The position numbers were made by a program, and so were the translations under genes. Of a stretch of 51,349 bases of DNA, positions 25,301-31,853 are shown one piece after another. How positions within the stretch are numbered: the stretch's first letter is position 1; each line of letters starts with the position of its first letter. Source of the DNA: an uncultured Halobacteriales archaeon (GTDB lineage: Archaea; Halobacteriota; Halobacteria; Halobacteriales; Haloarculaceae). The stretch covers positions 1-51,349 of the forward strand of contig CAZMWG010000001.1 in NCBI GenBank assembly GCA_964569925.1. The letters are read 5' to 3'. The notes beneath the pieces are model-generated. The model had not been told where the DNA came from and made no database searches. It saw nothing but the letters and a program-made list of their open reading frames with translations.

Positions 25301-26687
25301 CCTCCCCGTCGTCGGAGCCGTCGTCGCCGGAGCCGCCGTCGTCGGTCGCGACGGCCAGCGTGGCGCTCGCGCTCATCGAACTCCTGGCACCGTCCGCCGT
25401 GTCGACGTCGCCGGCGGCCGACACCGCGGTCTCGCCCTCGCCCTCGCCGGCCAGGGTGACCGTCGCCACCGTGACGTCCGTGGCGCCGGCGTCGACGGCG
25501 TTGTCGACGTCGCCGCCCCGGATCGACACCGAGGAGCCGTCGGCGCTCACGCTGCTGGCGCTGGGCTTGAGCAGTTCCGACGGCGTCGCGTCCGCGATCG
25601 TTGCCACCGACGGGTCCTCGACGGTCACCGTGGCGTCCATGCCGGTCATGTCGCCCGACACCTCCGGCACGACCAGCCGCGCCTGGACCTCCTCTCCGGG
25701 CGCGACCGTGTCGGCTGGCACCTCGAAGCTCGCCGACAGCCCCTCGTCGGAGCCGGCGGCGATGGTCGCCGTCGCCGTCGCGGCGGCCGACTGGTTGCCG
25801 GCGCCGTCGACGGCCGTCACGGCGACGTCGTACGTCGTCCCCGCAGACAGGCCGTCGACCGTCGCCTCGGTGGTGTCGCCGCCGACGTTCATCGCGGTGT
25901 CCCCGACCTCGACGATGTAGTGGTCGACGCCGGTCCCCTCGTCGGTCGACGCGGACCAGGAGAGCGTGACGCTCGACTCGGTCGTGCCGGTCGCCGCGAG
26001 GTTGCCCGGCGTCGACGGGCCACTGGTGTCCTCGCCGGGATCCGGCGTCGGCTCGGGCGCCCCGGAGCCGCCGCCGGCCGACCCGGCGGCAAACCGCATC
26101 TCGTCGATCTCGACGGCACCCGAGCCGTTCGCTCCCTCCCAGAAGTTGAACCGCACCGACGGCAGCGACGACCAGTCGGCGTCGACCGCCGACAGCGGCA
26201 CCGAGACCGTCGAGAAGGAGGTGCCGATCGACCCGTCCGCGACGTCCCCGAACGTCTCGACGACGCCGCCGAGCTTGATCGCGAAGTGGCTCCCCTCGCC
26301 GCCCTCGTCGCCCCGGATCACGAACTCCAGGCGCTCGTAGTCGGAGACGTCACGCCCGACGTTGCTGCCGAACCAGCCGGCGTTGTCGTACTCCAGGCGC
26401 AACGCGCCGTCGACGACCTCGCCGTTGCCGCCGCCGTTGGCGAAGCCGCCCGCGTCCGCCCAGTTACCGATGTCGTTCCCCTCCGGCCACGCCGGGTCGC
26501 CGTCGTAGTCGTTGACGAGCAGCCCCTGCGCGGACTCCTGTGCCGCCACCGTTCCGGCGCCCGCGGCGAGCAGTCCCGTTCCGGCGGCCGCGGCCTGCAT
26601 GAACGTCCGCCTCGAGGCGTCGTACCCGCCGTCGACCCCTGACGTGGTCCGATCTGTCGGTTCTGTGTTCCCTGTGTCGTTGGTCAT
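22332..26687 (-). CDS. scaffoldin-like protein: Tat signal - CBM-like beta-sandwich domain - FN3 - seven cohesin-like modules joined by acidic linkers - divergent C-terminal dockerin-like module
   Basis: Tat motif SRRTFMQAAAAGTG, starting at ATG 26687. Seven ~130-aa modules share the pattern [LV]..[DE]L......PG..V.A.[IV].LP.....G[FM]......V.D..VATI ... GATDV.LATVT[LM]...EGE. They sit at about 25345-25745, 24905-25290, 24475-24860, 24020-24405, 23555-23940, 23085-23475 and 22580-22980. C-terminus DIDDDGLYEDLNANGEVEFTDVIQYY...YDFNGNGGLDLADVVSLF. Confidence 0.85.
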   Translation of the reverse strand: MTNDTGNTEPTDRTTSGVDGGYDASRRTFMQAAAAGTGLLAAGAGTVAAQESAQGLLVNDYDGDPAWPEGNDIGNWADAGGFANGGGNGEVVDGALRLEYDNAGWFGSNVGRDVSDYERLEFVIRGDEGGEGSHFAIKLGGVVETFGDVADGSIGTSFSTVSVPLSAVDADWSSLPSVRFNFWEGANGSGAVEIDEMRFAAGSAGGGSGAPEPTPDPGEDTSGPSTPGNLAATGTTESSVTLSWSASTDEGTGVDHYIVEVGDTAMNVGGDTTEATVDGLSAGTTYDVAVTAVDGAGNQSAAATATATIAAGSDEGLSASFEVPADTVAPGEEVQARLVVPEVSGDMTGMDATVTVEDPSVATIADATPSELLKPSASSVSADGSSVSIRGGDVDNAVDAGATDVTVATVTLAGEGEGETAVSAAGDVDTADGARSSMSASATLAVATDDGGSGDDGSDDGEDGTASDGLVVDLPSSAEPGDEVEATVVLPSIAGNPTGFDVEVSIDDTSVATITGIETADWFRFAESSVADGGAFASFRGGDVNDDVPAGATDVTLATVTMTVEGEGEASVSAAGSMDLADGSQASASGSSTIVVGDGGAGDGEDGTASDGLAVGLPSGAEPGDEVEATITLPSIAGDPTGFDVEVSIDDTSVATITGIETADWFRFAESSVADNGGSASFRGGDVNDDVPAGATDVPLATVTLAVEGEGEASLTATGGMDLADGGRVSASGSSTIVVGDGGVDDGSGDDGSDDGEDGTASDGLVVDLPSGAEPGDEVEATVVLPSIAGNPTGFDVEVSIDDTSVATITGIETADWFRFAESSVADGGAFASFRGGDVNDDVPAGATDVTLATVTMTVEGEGEASVSAAGSMDLADGSQASASGSSTLVVGDGGAGDEGEDDAGGGDDGTGDGSGVSLDLASDTVAPGEEVAATITLPSMAGNMTGFYLDLTVSDTDVVTVDSATIPGSFQPTSATVSGDGATATLRGGDVNNAVQPDAVDVDLGTVTLVGEAAGEADVSVEANVDMGDGSRMSTSASAPLSVETEGGEGDAGDGTGDGSDDEDDAGDGDLSVDLEADDVPAGGTVDAELVLGAAPEGVAGFDLAFEVSDTSIATIADGGLLERFQGPAGGADVGEGSMTATGIDFGGAVQPGATDVTLATVTLAGESEGDVDLSLSVDRLTDDDGGLTSPGETTTTLVVGGDSGGDEDDADDGSDDGEPGDDDGTVGGGVDGEGVDLALSPAEAAPGGTVEATILLPSAPTGISGFNATLEVADPAVATITDAGVTSAFGSGGMIGGASVADDGGSVSMNGTDLGQEVQPGAADVTLATVTLDAESTGSTELVLSTGKFDDDDGNPMSVGDVTAVLSVTEETDTGGVSPINGITPQDIDDDGLYEDLNANGEVEFTDVIQYYYERDDEAITSHPEAYDFNGNGGLDLADVVSLFEEMSG
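22335..22523 (-). repeat. dockerin-like module coding segment (copy 9 of 9, scaffoldin-borne, most divergent)
   Basis: DIDDDGLYEDLNANGEVEFTDVIQYYYERDDEAITSHPEAYDFNGNGGLDLADVVSLFEEMSG. Confidence 0.8.
22580..25745 (-). other. array of seven cohesin-like modules within the scaffoldin gene
   Basis: Seven ~130-aa units separated by D/G/S/E-rich linkers. Approximate boundaries are given under the scaffoldin CDS. Confidence 0.8.
24001..25340 (-). repeat. three tandem ~430-450 bp repeats encoding scaffoldin cohesin modules 2-4
   Basis: 24001-24455 matches 24886-25340 at an offset of 885 bp. Within that, 24024-24368 and 24909-25253 are identical over 345 bp. The middle copy (about 24475-24880) is diverged by roughly 10%. 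Confidence 0.95.
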
Positions 26688-26746
26688 TCTTCCCCCCCAG
26701 CGTGCGTCTCCGCACTGAGGTACCCACATCGTTCGTGGTGTCCATA

Positions 26747-26783
26747 CCATAAAAAAATAGCGGTAGATAGTGAAATATAATCG
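26747..26783 (-). promoter_or_regulatory. AT-rich island: T7 run downstream of the anchor gene plus candidate promoter of the scaffoldin gene
   Basis: The minus strand reads gattatatttcactatctaccgctatttttttatgg, 60-95 nt upstream of ATG 26687. Confidence 0.45.
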
Positions 26784-26816
26784 GTTCGGCGGTCGACGGT
26801 CGGCCGGCGTCCCGGG

Positions 26817-27470
26817 CTACAGGATCTCGCGCAGGCCGACGCCCGCGAGCACGACGACCCCGAGCAACACCGTCGCGATCGCCATCGTCGCGACCAGCCC
26901 CGGCGTGCCGGAGCCACCCGGGGACCCGGAGCCGTTCGCCGACTCCGTCCCGTCCGCCGATCCACCCGCCGACCCGCCCGCCGTGGGGTTCCCGACCACG
27001 AGGGACCCGTTCCGGACCGACCGGGCCGCCGACTCGCCGACGTCGTTGTCCAGTTCGACCGTCGACGCCTCCAGCGAGACGACCGACTCGGTGTCTCCCC
27101 GGACGGTGACGGTCCCCAGGGTCACCGCCCCGGTCCCGTTTCCGACCGTGTCGTTGAGGTCGATCCCCCTGAGGTAGATCCGTCGGTCGTCGACGACCCG
27201 TACGTTCGTCAGCAGCATCTCGTCGTTGACCGATCCGCCGACGATCGTCGCGTTCGGCCCGACGGCGACGCTCAGGTTGTACCCCGCCAGCCCGTTCGGC
27301 GCCTCCGTGAGGGTCACCGTCACCGTCGTCTCCCCGCCCACCGGCACCTCGCCGTCGCCGACTTCGAGCGTCGGCCCGTCCTGTGCGACCGCCGCCGTCC
27401 CCGCCCCCGCCGCGGCGACCGCCAGCACGGCCGCCACCGCCCCGATCGTCGCCCCGCGAACGCTGTGCAT
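26817..27470 (-). CDS. cell-surface anchored single-cohesin protein: signal peptide - cohesin-like module - G/S-rich stalk - PGF-CTERM-like transmembrane anchor
   Basis: The N-terminal signal MHSVRGATIGAVAAVLAVAAAGAGTAAVAQ has no twin arginine. The cohesin-like body reads LEVGDGEVPVGGETTVTVTLTEAPNGLAGYNLSVAVGPNATIV...GAVTLGTVTVRGDTESVVSLEASTVELDNDVGE. The C-terminus GSGSPGGSGTPGLVATMAIATVLLGVVVLAGVGLREIL resembles the archaeosortase PGF-CTERM signal, with PGL in place of PGF. Confidence 0.8.
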   Translation of the reverse strand: MHSVRGATIGAVAAVLAVAAAGAGTAAVAQDGPTLEVGDGEVPVGGETTVTVTLTEAPNGLAGYNLSVAVGPNATIVGGSVNDEMLLTNVRVVDDRRIYLRGIDLNDTVGNGTGAVTLGTVTVRGDTESVVSLEASTVELDNDVGESAARSVRNGSLVVGNPTAGGSAGGSADGTESANGSGSPGGSGTPGLVATMAIATVLLGVVVLAGVGLREIL

Positions 27471-27490
27471 GGTTCGATCGTCCCTTCTCT

Positions 27491-27534
27491 AACGAACTGT
27501 AATAAACCTTTTTGCAACGTTCGAAAGGCAAAGA
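27491..27534. promoter_or_regulatory. AT-rich divergent intergenic region: candidate promoters for the anchor-cohesin gene (-) and gene 27535..28632 (+)
   Basis: aacgaactgtaataaacctttttgcaacgttcgaaaggcaaaga. The whole intergenic space is only 64 bp. Confidence 0.4.
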
Positions 27535-28632
27535 TTGAGTACGACGGGGCAGAAAGATGGGGAGAGGGGTGACACAGACGTGAACCGAGTCACGCGAACG
27601 ATCGATCGGCTGAGGCGTCCGGAGTACACCGGGGAGAACAGGTGCCTGCCCTGTACCGTCGTCAACGCGGCCCTCGCGGCTCTCGCGGCTACCGGCGTCG
27701 GGTCCGGGCTGGTGGTCGCCGGCGTGTCGGCGGCGTACGCGGCCGGCGTCGCCGCCGGGGTCCTCGGGGTCTCCGCGGTCTCCATCTACCTCCGGGGGTA
27801 TCTCGTCCCCGGGACGCCGGCGCTCACGAAGCGGTACTTCCCGCCGTGGCTACTCTCCCTGTTCGGCAAGGACCCGGAGCCGTCCGCGGGAACCGAGGGG
27901 GGCGCGATCCGGGCGGACGCGGCGATCGGCGCCGACGCCGAACCGGCCGACGGGTCGGACGACCGAGCGGCCGACGAGCCCGACGGCCAGGGGGCCCGGG
28001 ACGGAGCGACCGAACGCGCCGCCGACCCGTCCGCGAGCGACGACGACCCCGACGACGGAGCCGACGACGCGTCGGGCGCCGCGCCGCCCGACGACCGCGT
28101 CGTCGCGCTCGACGTCGAGGCGTTGCTCCTGGACGCCGGGATCCTCGTCGAACACCGCGACGGCGAGGACCTCCGCCTGGAGTCGGCGTTCGCCGCGGCG
28201 CTGTCGGACCGCGCCGCGGCCGTCCGGGAGGCCGACGCCGACCGTGCGGCGCTCAGAGAGGTCCTGGGCGCCGACGAGGACGTCGAGATCGAGTTCGAGG
28301 AGCACGGCGACGCGTTCCGCGCGGAGAGCGACGGACTGCTCGTGGGCACCTGGGAGTCCCGGGCGGCGTTCGTCGGCGACGTCGCGGCCGGCCGCCTGCT
28401 GGCCGACCGGCTCCCGGCCTGGGAGTCGCTGTCGGCCGCCCAGCGGGGCGAACTGCTCCAGGGTGCGCGCCTGTTCCTCGAGGAGTGTCCCGGCTGTGAG
28501 GGGCCGCTGTCGTTCGACACCGCGACCGTGGAGTCGTGCTGTACCACCCGCGAGGTCGCGGCGCTGAACTGCGACGACTGCGAGCGGCGGCTGTTCGAGG
28601 CGCCGGTGCGCGAGGACGCGGCCGCGGACTGA
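27535..28632 (+). CDS. hypothetical protein: N-terminal membrane segments, acidic low-complexity centre, C-terminal Cys cluster (zinc-ribbon-like)
   Basis: The track start at 27535 is TTG; an in-frame GTG at 27580 is an alternative. Two hydrophobic segments (VVNAALAALAATGVGSGLVVAGV, AAGVAAGVLGVSAVSIYL). C-terminus ECPGCEGPLSF...SCCTTREVAALNCDDCERRLFE. Confidence 0.6.
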   Translation: MSTTGQKDGERGDTDVNRVTRTIDRLRRPEYTGENRCLPCTVVNAALAALAATGVGSGLVVAGVSAAYAAGVAAGVLGVSAVSIYLRGYLVPGTPALTKRYFPPWLLSLFGKDPEPSAGTEGGAIRADAAIGADAEPADGSDDRAADEPDGQGARDGATERAADPSASDDDPDDGADDASGAAPPDDRVVALDVEALLLDAGILVEHRDGEDLRLESAFAAALSDRAAAVREADADRAALREVLGADEDVEIEFEEHGDAFRAESDGLLVGTWESRAAFVGDVAAGRLLADRLPAWESLSAAQRGELLQGARLFLEECPGCEGPLSFDTATVESCCTTREVAALNCDDCERRLFEAPVREDAAAD

Positions 28633-28793
28633 CCCGACGGCCCGTCGCCGTCGGACCGCGCTTCGACCGTCGACGGACGCCGCCGTCGGTTCCGTGGCCG
28701 GAGGCCACGCCATCTGCCCCGTGGCCGGGAGCCACGCCGCCGTCCCCCGCCGGAGGGGACGACCCTTTGTCCGTGCACCTCGTCGTCGGGGTG

Positions 28794-29723
28794 ATGGCAG
28801 TCTCGCCGGTCGCGGTCGATCTGGCGCTGGTCGCCGTCGCCGTCCTGGCCCTGGGGGTCGGCGCGGCGTGGTTCGTCGCCGGCGCCGGCCGGCTCGCCCG
28901 CCGTGCGGGCGTCCCCGGGCTGGTCGTCGGGCTGACGGTGGTCGCCTTCGGCACCTCGGCGCCGGAGTTCGCCGTCACGGTCGAGGCCGCGCTCGTGGAA
29001 GCCGCCGACATCTCCGTCGGCAACGTCGTCGGCTCGAACGTGCTCAACCTCGGGTTCGTCCTCGGCGGGGTGGCGCTGGTGCGCGCGCTGCCGACCGCGC
29101 CCGACCTGGTCCGCCGGGACGCGCCGGTCCTGATCGGCACGACGCTGCTGGTCGCCGCCCTGCTCTGGAACGGCCGTGCCGGTCGTCTCGAGGGACTGCT
29201 CCTGCTGGTCCTGCTGGTGGTCTATCTCGCCGTCCTGGTGCGGACCGGCAGCGACCGGATCCGCGCGGACCCCTCGACCGACGCCGGTCCGCTGGACGTC
29301 GTCCGCGCGCTCGGCGGGCTCGCGCTCGTCCTCGGCGGGGCCCGCCTGCTCGTGTTCGCCGCCTCCGACGTCGCCCGGGCCGCCGGCGTCTCCGAGTGGA
29401 CGATCGGCGTCACGATCGTCGCAGCCGGCACCTCCGCTCCGGAGTTCGTCACGTCGCTGGTCGCGGCCCGCCGGGGCCGGACGGCCCTCTCGGCGGGCAA
29501 CCTCGTGGGCAGTTCCGTCTTCAACTTCCTCGGGGTGCTCGGCCTCGCGGCGGCGATCCGGCCGCTCCCGGTGTCGCCGGCCGCGCTGGAGGGGCTGGCC
29601 GGACTGCTGGTCATCGTCGTCGTCGCCACCCTCCTCTTCCGGTCGAACGACGTGCTCTCGCGGGCCGAGGGCGGCGTGCTGGTCGCGCTGAACGCCGTCG
29701 ACTGGCTGCTCGACCTACTGTAG
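28794..29723 (+). CDS. Ca2+/cation antiporter (CaCA, YrbG-type sodium/calcium exchanger family)
   Basis: Both alpha-repeat signatures are present: GTSAPEFAVT...GNVVGSNVLNLGFVLG and GTSAPEFVTSL...GNLVGSSVFNFLGVLG. I chose ATG 28794 inside ORF 28536..29723. Confidence 0.9.
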   Translation: MAVSPVAVDLALVAVAVLALGVGAAWFVAGAGRLARRAGVPGLVVGLTVVAFGTSAPEFAVTVEAALVEAADISVGNVVGSNVLNLGFVLGGVALVRALPTAPDLVRRDAPVLIGTTLLVAALLWNGRAGRLEGLLLLVLLVVYLAVLVRTGSDRIRADPSTDAGPLDVVRALGGLALVLGGARLLVFAASDVARAAGVSEWTIGVTIVAAGTSAPEFVTSLVAARRGRTALSAGNLVGSSVFNFLGVLGLAAAIRPLPVSPAALEGLAGLLVIVVVATLLFRSNDVLSRAEGGVLVALNAVDWLLDLL

Positions 29724-30092
29724 GAACTCCAGACACGCCTCCCGGAACTCCGGCAGCGTGACCGGCGTCCCGCTCTCGACCTTGACCGTCACGCCCCGGC
29801 CCCCCTCCAGGTAGAGGTGGATCGCCGTCGAGCCCTCGTACTCGACGACGAGCGACCGGGCCGCCCCCAGGTGGAAGTAGACGTCCTCGACGTGGTCGCG
29901 GTTGAACACGGCCATCGACCGGTGGACGATGGTGTCCAGTTCGCGGTCGCTCAGCTCCGTCTCCAGGTCCTTCCGGATGTACCGCACGACGTACGCGTAC
30001 CGGTCGCTGTCGAAGGAGGCGACCCACCGCAGCGAGTCGCCGACCCGCTCGTCCAGTCCCTCGATCAGCGCGTCGTAGTCCGGGGAAGCCAT
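29715..30092 (-). CDS. conserved-looking hypothetical cytoplasmic protein (125 aa)
   Basis: Clean ATG ORF with haloarchaeal acidic composition (MASPDYDALIEGLDERVGDSLRWVASFDSDRYAYVVRYIRKDLE...). No family recognised. Confidence 0.6.
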   Translation of the reverse strand: MASPDYDALIEGLDERVGDSLRWVASFDSDRYAYVVRYIRKDLETELSDRELDTIVHRSMAVFNRDHVEDVYFHLGAARSLVVEYEGSTAIHLYLEGGRGVTVKVESGTPVTLPEFREACLEFLQ

Positions 30093-30149
30093 AGCCGTGT
30101 AGTCGCGCCGCGTCGAGATAAACCCGCGTGAGCGCCGGGGCCCGGTCGC

Positions 30150-31853
30150 TCACAGGGCGACGGCCACCAGGAAGAGGACGAACACGACCGCCAGCAGGAG
30201 GACGCTCCGCCCGAAGGCGTCCCGCGGCGCGGTCTCGTCGGTCGCGTCTCCCAGCCCCACCGCCAGGCCCGCCGCCGCGGCACGGTCGGCCGCCGCGGCG
30301 ACCGCGGTCCCCGCCACCCCGACGCCGCCGGCGACGGCCCGCGTCGCGGCGGCCCCCGTGGGGTGGTAGACCGCGTCGAGGTCCGGAACGGTCCCGACCC
30401 GACTCAGCGGCGCCCGGAGGAGGACGAACGCGACGGCGCCCGCCCCCAGGATCCCGCCGGCCTTGACGAACTGGCTGGACCCGAACGGCTCCGCGGCCGC
30501 CGTCGACCCCGGCAGGACGGCGAAGCCGACGCCCGGGAGGAGGCCGAGAACGACACACGGGACGGCGAGTGCGACCATCGCTGCCCGGACGGCCCGGGGG
30601 CCGGGCAGCGACCCGTCGACGGCCGCGGCGTCGGCCGGCGGGGCCCGGAGGAAGACGTAGTAGCCGAACTTGGCGAACGAGACGACGGTGCCGACGCTGC
30701 CGGCGATCAGCGCCCACCACAGCGCCTCCAGGCCGGCCGCGTCGGCGGCGTCGATCACCATCCCCTTGCTGACGAACCCGTTGAACCCCGGGACGCCGGC
30801 GATGGCCGGCGCGGCGACCAGGAAGGCGCCGAAGGTCCACGGGAGCCGCCGGGCCAGCCCGCCGAGCCGTTTCAGGCTCCCGGTGCCGGCCCGGACGATC
30901 ACGACGCCGGCGATCGCGAACAGCAGGCTCTTGTAGAGGACGTTGTTCAGCAGGTGGGCGGCGGCGCCGGCGACGCCCAGCGGCGACCCGATCCCGACGC
31001 CGGCGACCATGAACCCGACCTGGGAGACGACGTGGTAGGCGAGCAGTCGCCGGAGGTCCGTCCCGAGGACGGCGTAGGTCACGCCCACGAGCAACATCGC
31101 CCCGCCGAGGTAGGCCAGGACGAGCCGACCGTCCGGCACGGCCCGCGCGAGCGCGTACACGCCGACCTTGGTGGTACAGGCCGCCAGGACGACGCTGGTG
31201 GCGACGTCCGGCCGGGGGTAGGTGTCGGGCAGCCAGACGTGCAGGCCGACGAAGCCGACGTTGAGCCCGATCCCCACCAGCCCGACGGCGCCGGCGATCC
31301 CCCCGCCCAGTCCGTCGCCGAACAGGAAGGTACCCGTGGCGACGTAGCGGACGGCCACGGCGGCCAGCAGCGCCACCCCGCCGACCTCGTGGTAGACGGC
31401 GTACCGCAGGGCCGCCCGGGCGGCGTCGTCGTCGCCGGTCGCCCACACCAGCACGGTGGCGCCGACCGCGAGCAGTTCCCAGCAGACCAGAAGTGTCAGC
31501 CAGTCCCCGGCCAGCACGGCGCCCAGACCGGCGCCGAGGTAGGCCAGCGACAGCGCGGTCCCTCGCCGGGGAGTGTCGACGCCCCGGCCGTAGAGGACGG
31601 CGACGGCGGAGACGAACGCGAGCGCCAGGCCGACGGTCCGGGAGAGCGGGTCGACCGCGAACGGGACGACCTCGAAGCCGAACAGGCTCGCGCGCAGGTG
31701 GGTGCCCGCGGGGACGAGCGCGACCTGGAGGGTCGCCAGGGCGGCGAGCCCCGCGCCGGCGACGGTCCCGACCCGGCGCGGCAGCGTCGCCACCAGAGCA
31801 GCCCCGAGCAGGACCGGCACGGCCGGCGGGACCGCGGTCAGGGGGTCAACCAC
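30150..31853 (-). CDS. mrpD: Mrp-type cation/proton antiporter, MrpD/NuoL-M-N-like subunit (third paralogue)
   Basis: 567-aa polytopic membrane protein with proton-conducting transporter motifs (WLPDTYP, HLLNNVLYKSLLF). Its GTG start at 31853 overlaps the upstream stop by 8 nt. Confidence 0.85.
   Translation of the reverse strand: MVDPLTAVPPAVPVLLGAALVATLPRRVGTVAGAGLAALATLQVALVPAGTHLRASLFGFEVVPFAVDPLSRTVGLALAFVSAVAVLYGRGVDTPRRGTALSLAYLGAGLGAVLAGDWLTLLVCWELLAVGATVLVWATGDDDAARAALRYAVYHEVGGVALLAAVAVRYVATGTFLFGDGLGGGIAGAVGLVGIGLNVGFVGLHVWLPDTYPRPDVATSVVLAACTTKVGVYALARAVPDGRLVLAYLGGAMLLVGVTYAVLGTDLRRLLAYHVVSQVGFMVAGVGIGSPLGVAGAAAHLLNNVLYKSLLFAIAGVVIVRAGTGSLKRLGGLARRLPWTFGAFLVAAPAIAGVPGFNGFVSKGMVIDAADAAGLEALWWALIAGSVGTVVSFAKFGYYVFLRAPPADAAAVDGSLPGPRAVRAAMVALAVPCVVLGLLPGVGFAVLPGSTAAAEPFGSSQFVKAGGILGAGAVAFVLLRAPLSRVGTVPDLDAVYHPTGAAATRAVAGGVGVAGTAVAAAADRAAAAGLAVGLGDATDETAPRDAFGRSVLLLAVVFVLFLVAVAL

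Noticed and set aside
24001-25340. Regular ~440-bp tandem repeats considered as a possible CRISPR array or satellite
   Set aside because: The period is far too long for CRISPR. There is no short repeat/spacer structure, and the repeats are in-frame coding units (cohesin-like modules) of an intact ORF.
3478-27470. The GH/cohesin cluster as a recently acquired mobile island
   Set aside because: There is no transposase, integrase, flanking tRNA or direct-repeat boundary. By eye, GC content and codon style are indistinguishable from the flanking housekeeping genes (rpl15e, crtB, mrp). Ancient transfer cannot be excluded from this window alone.
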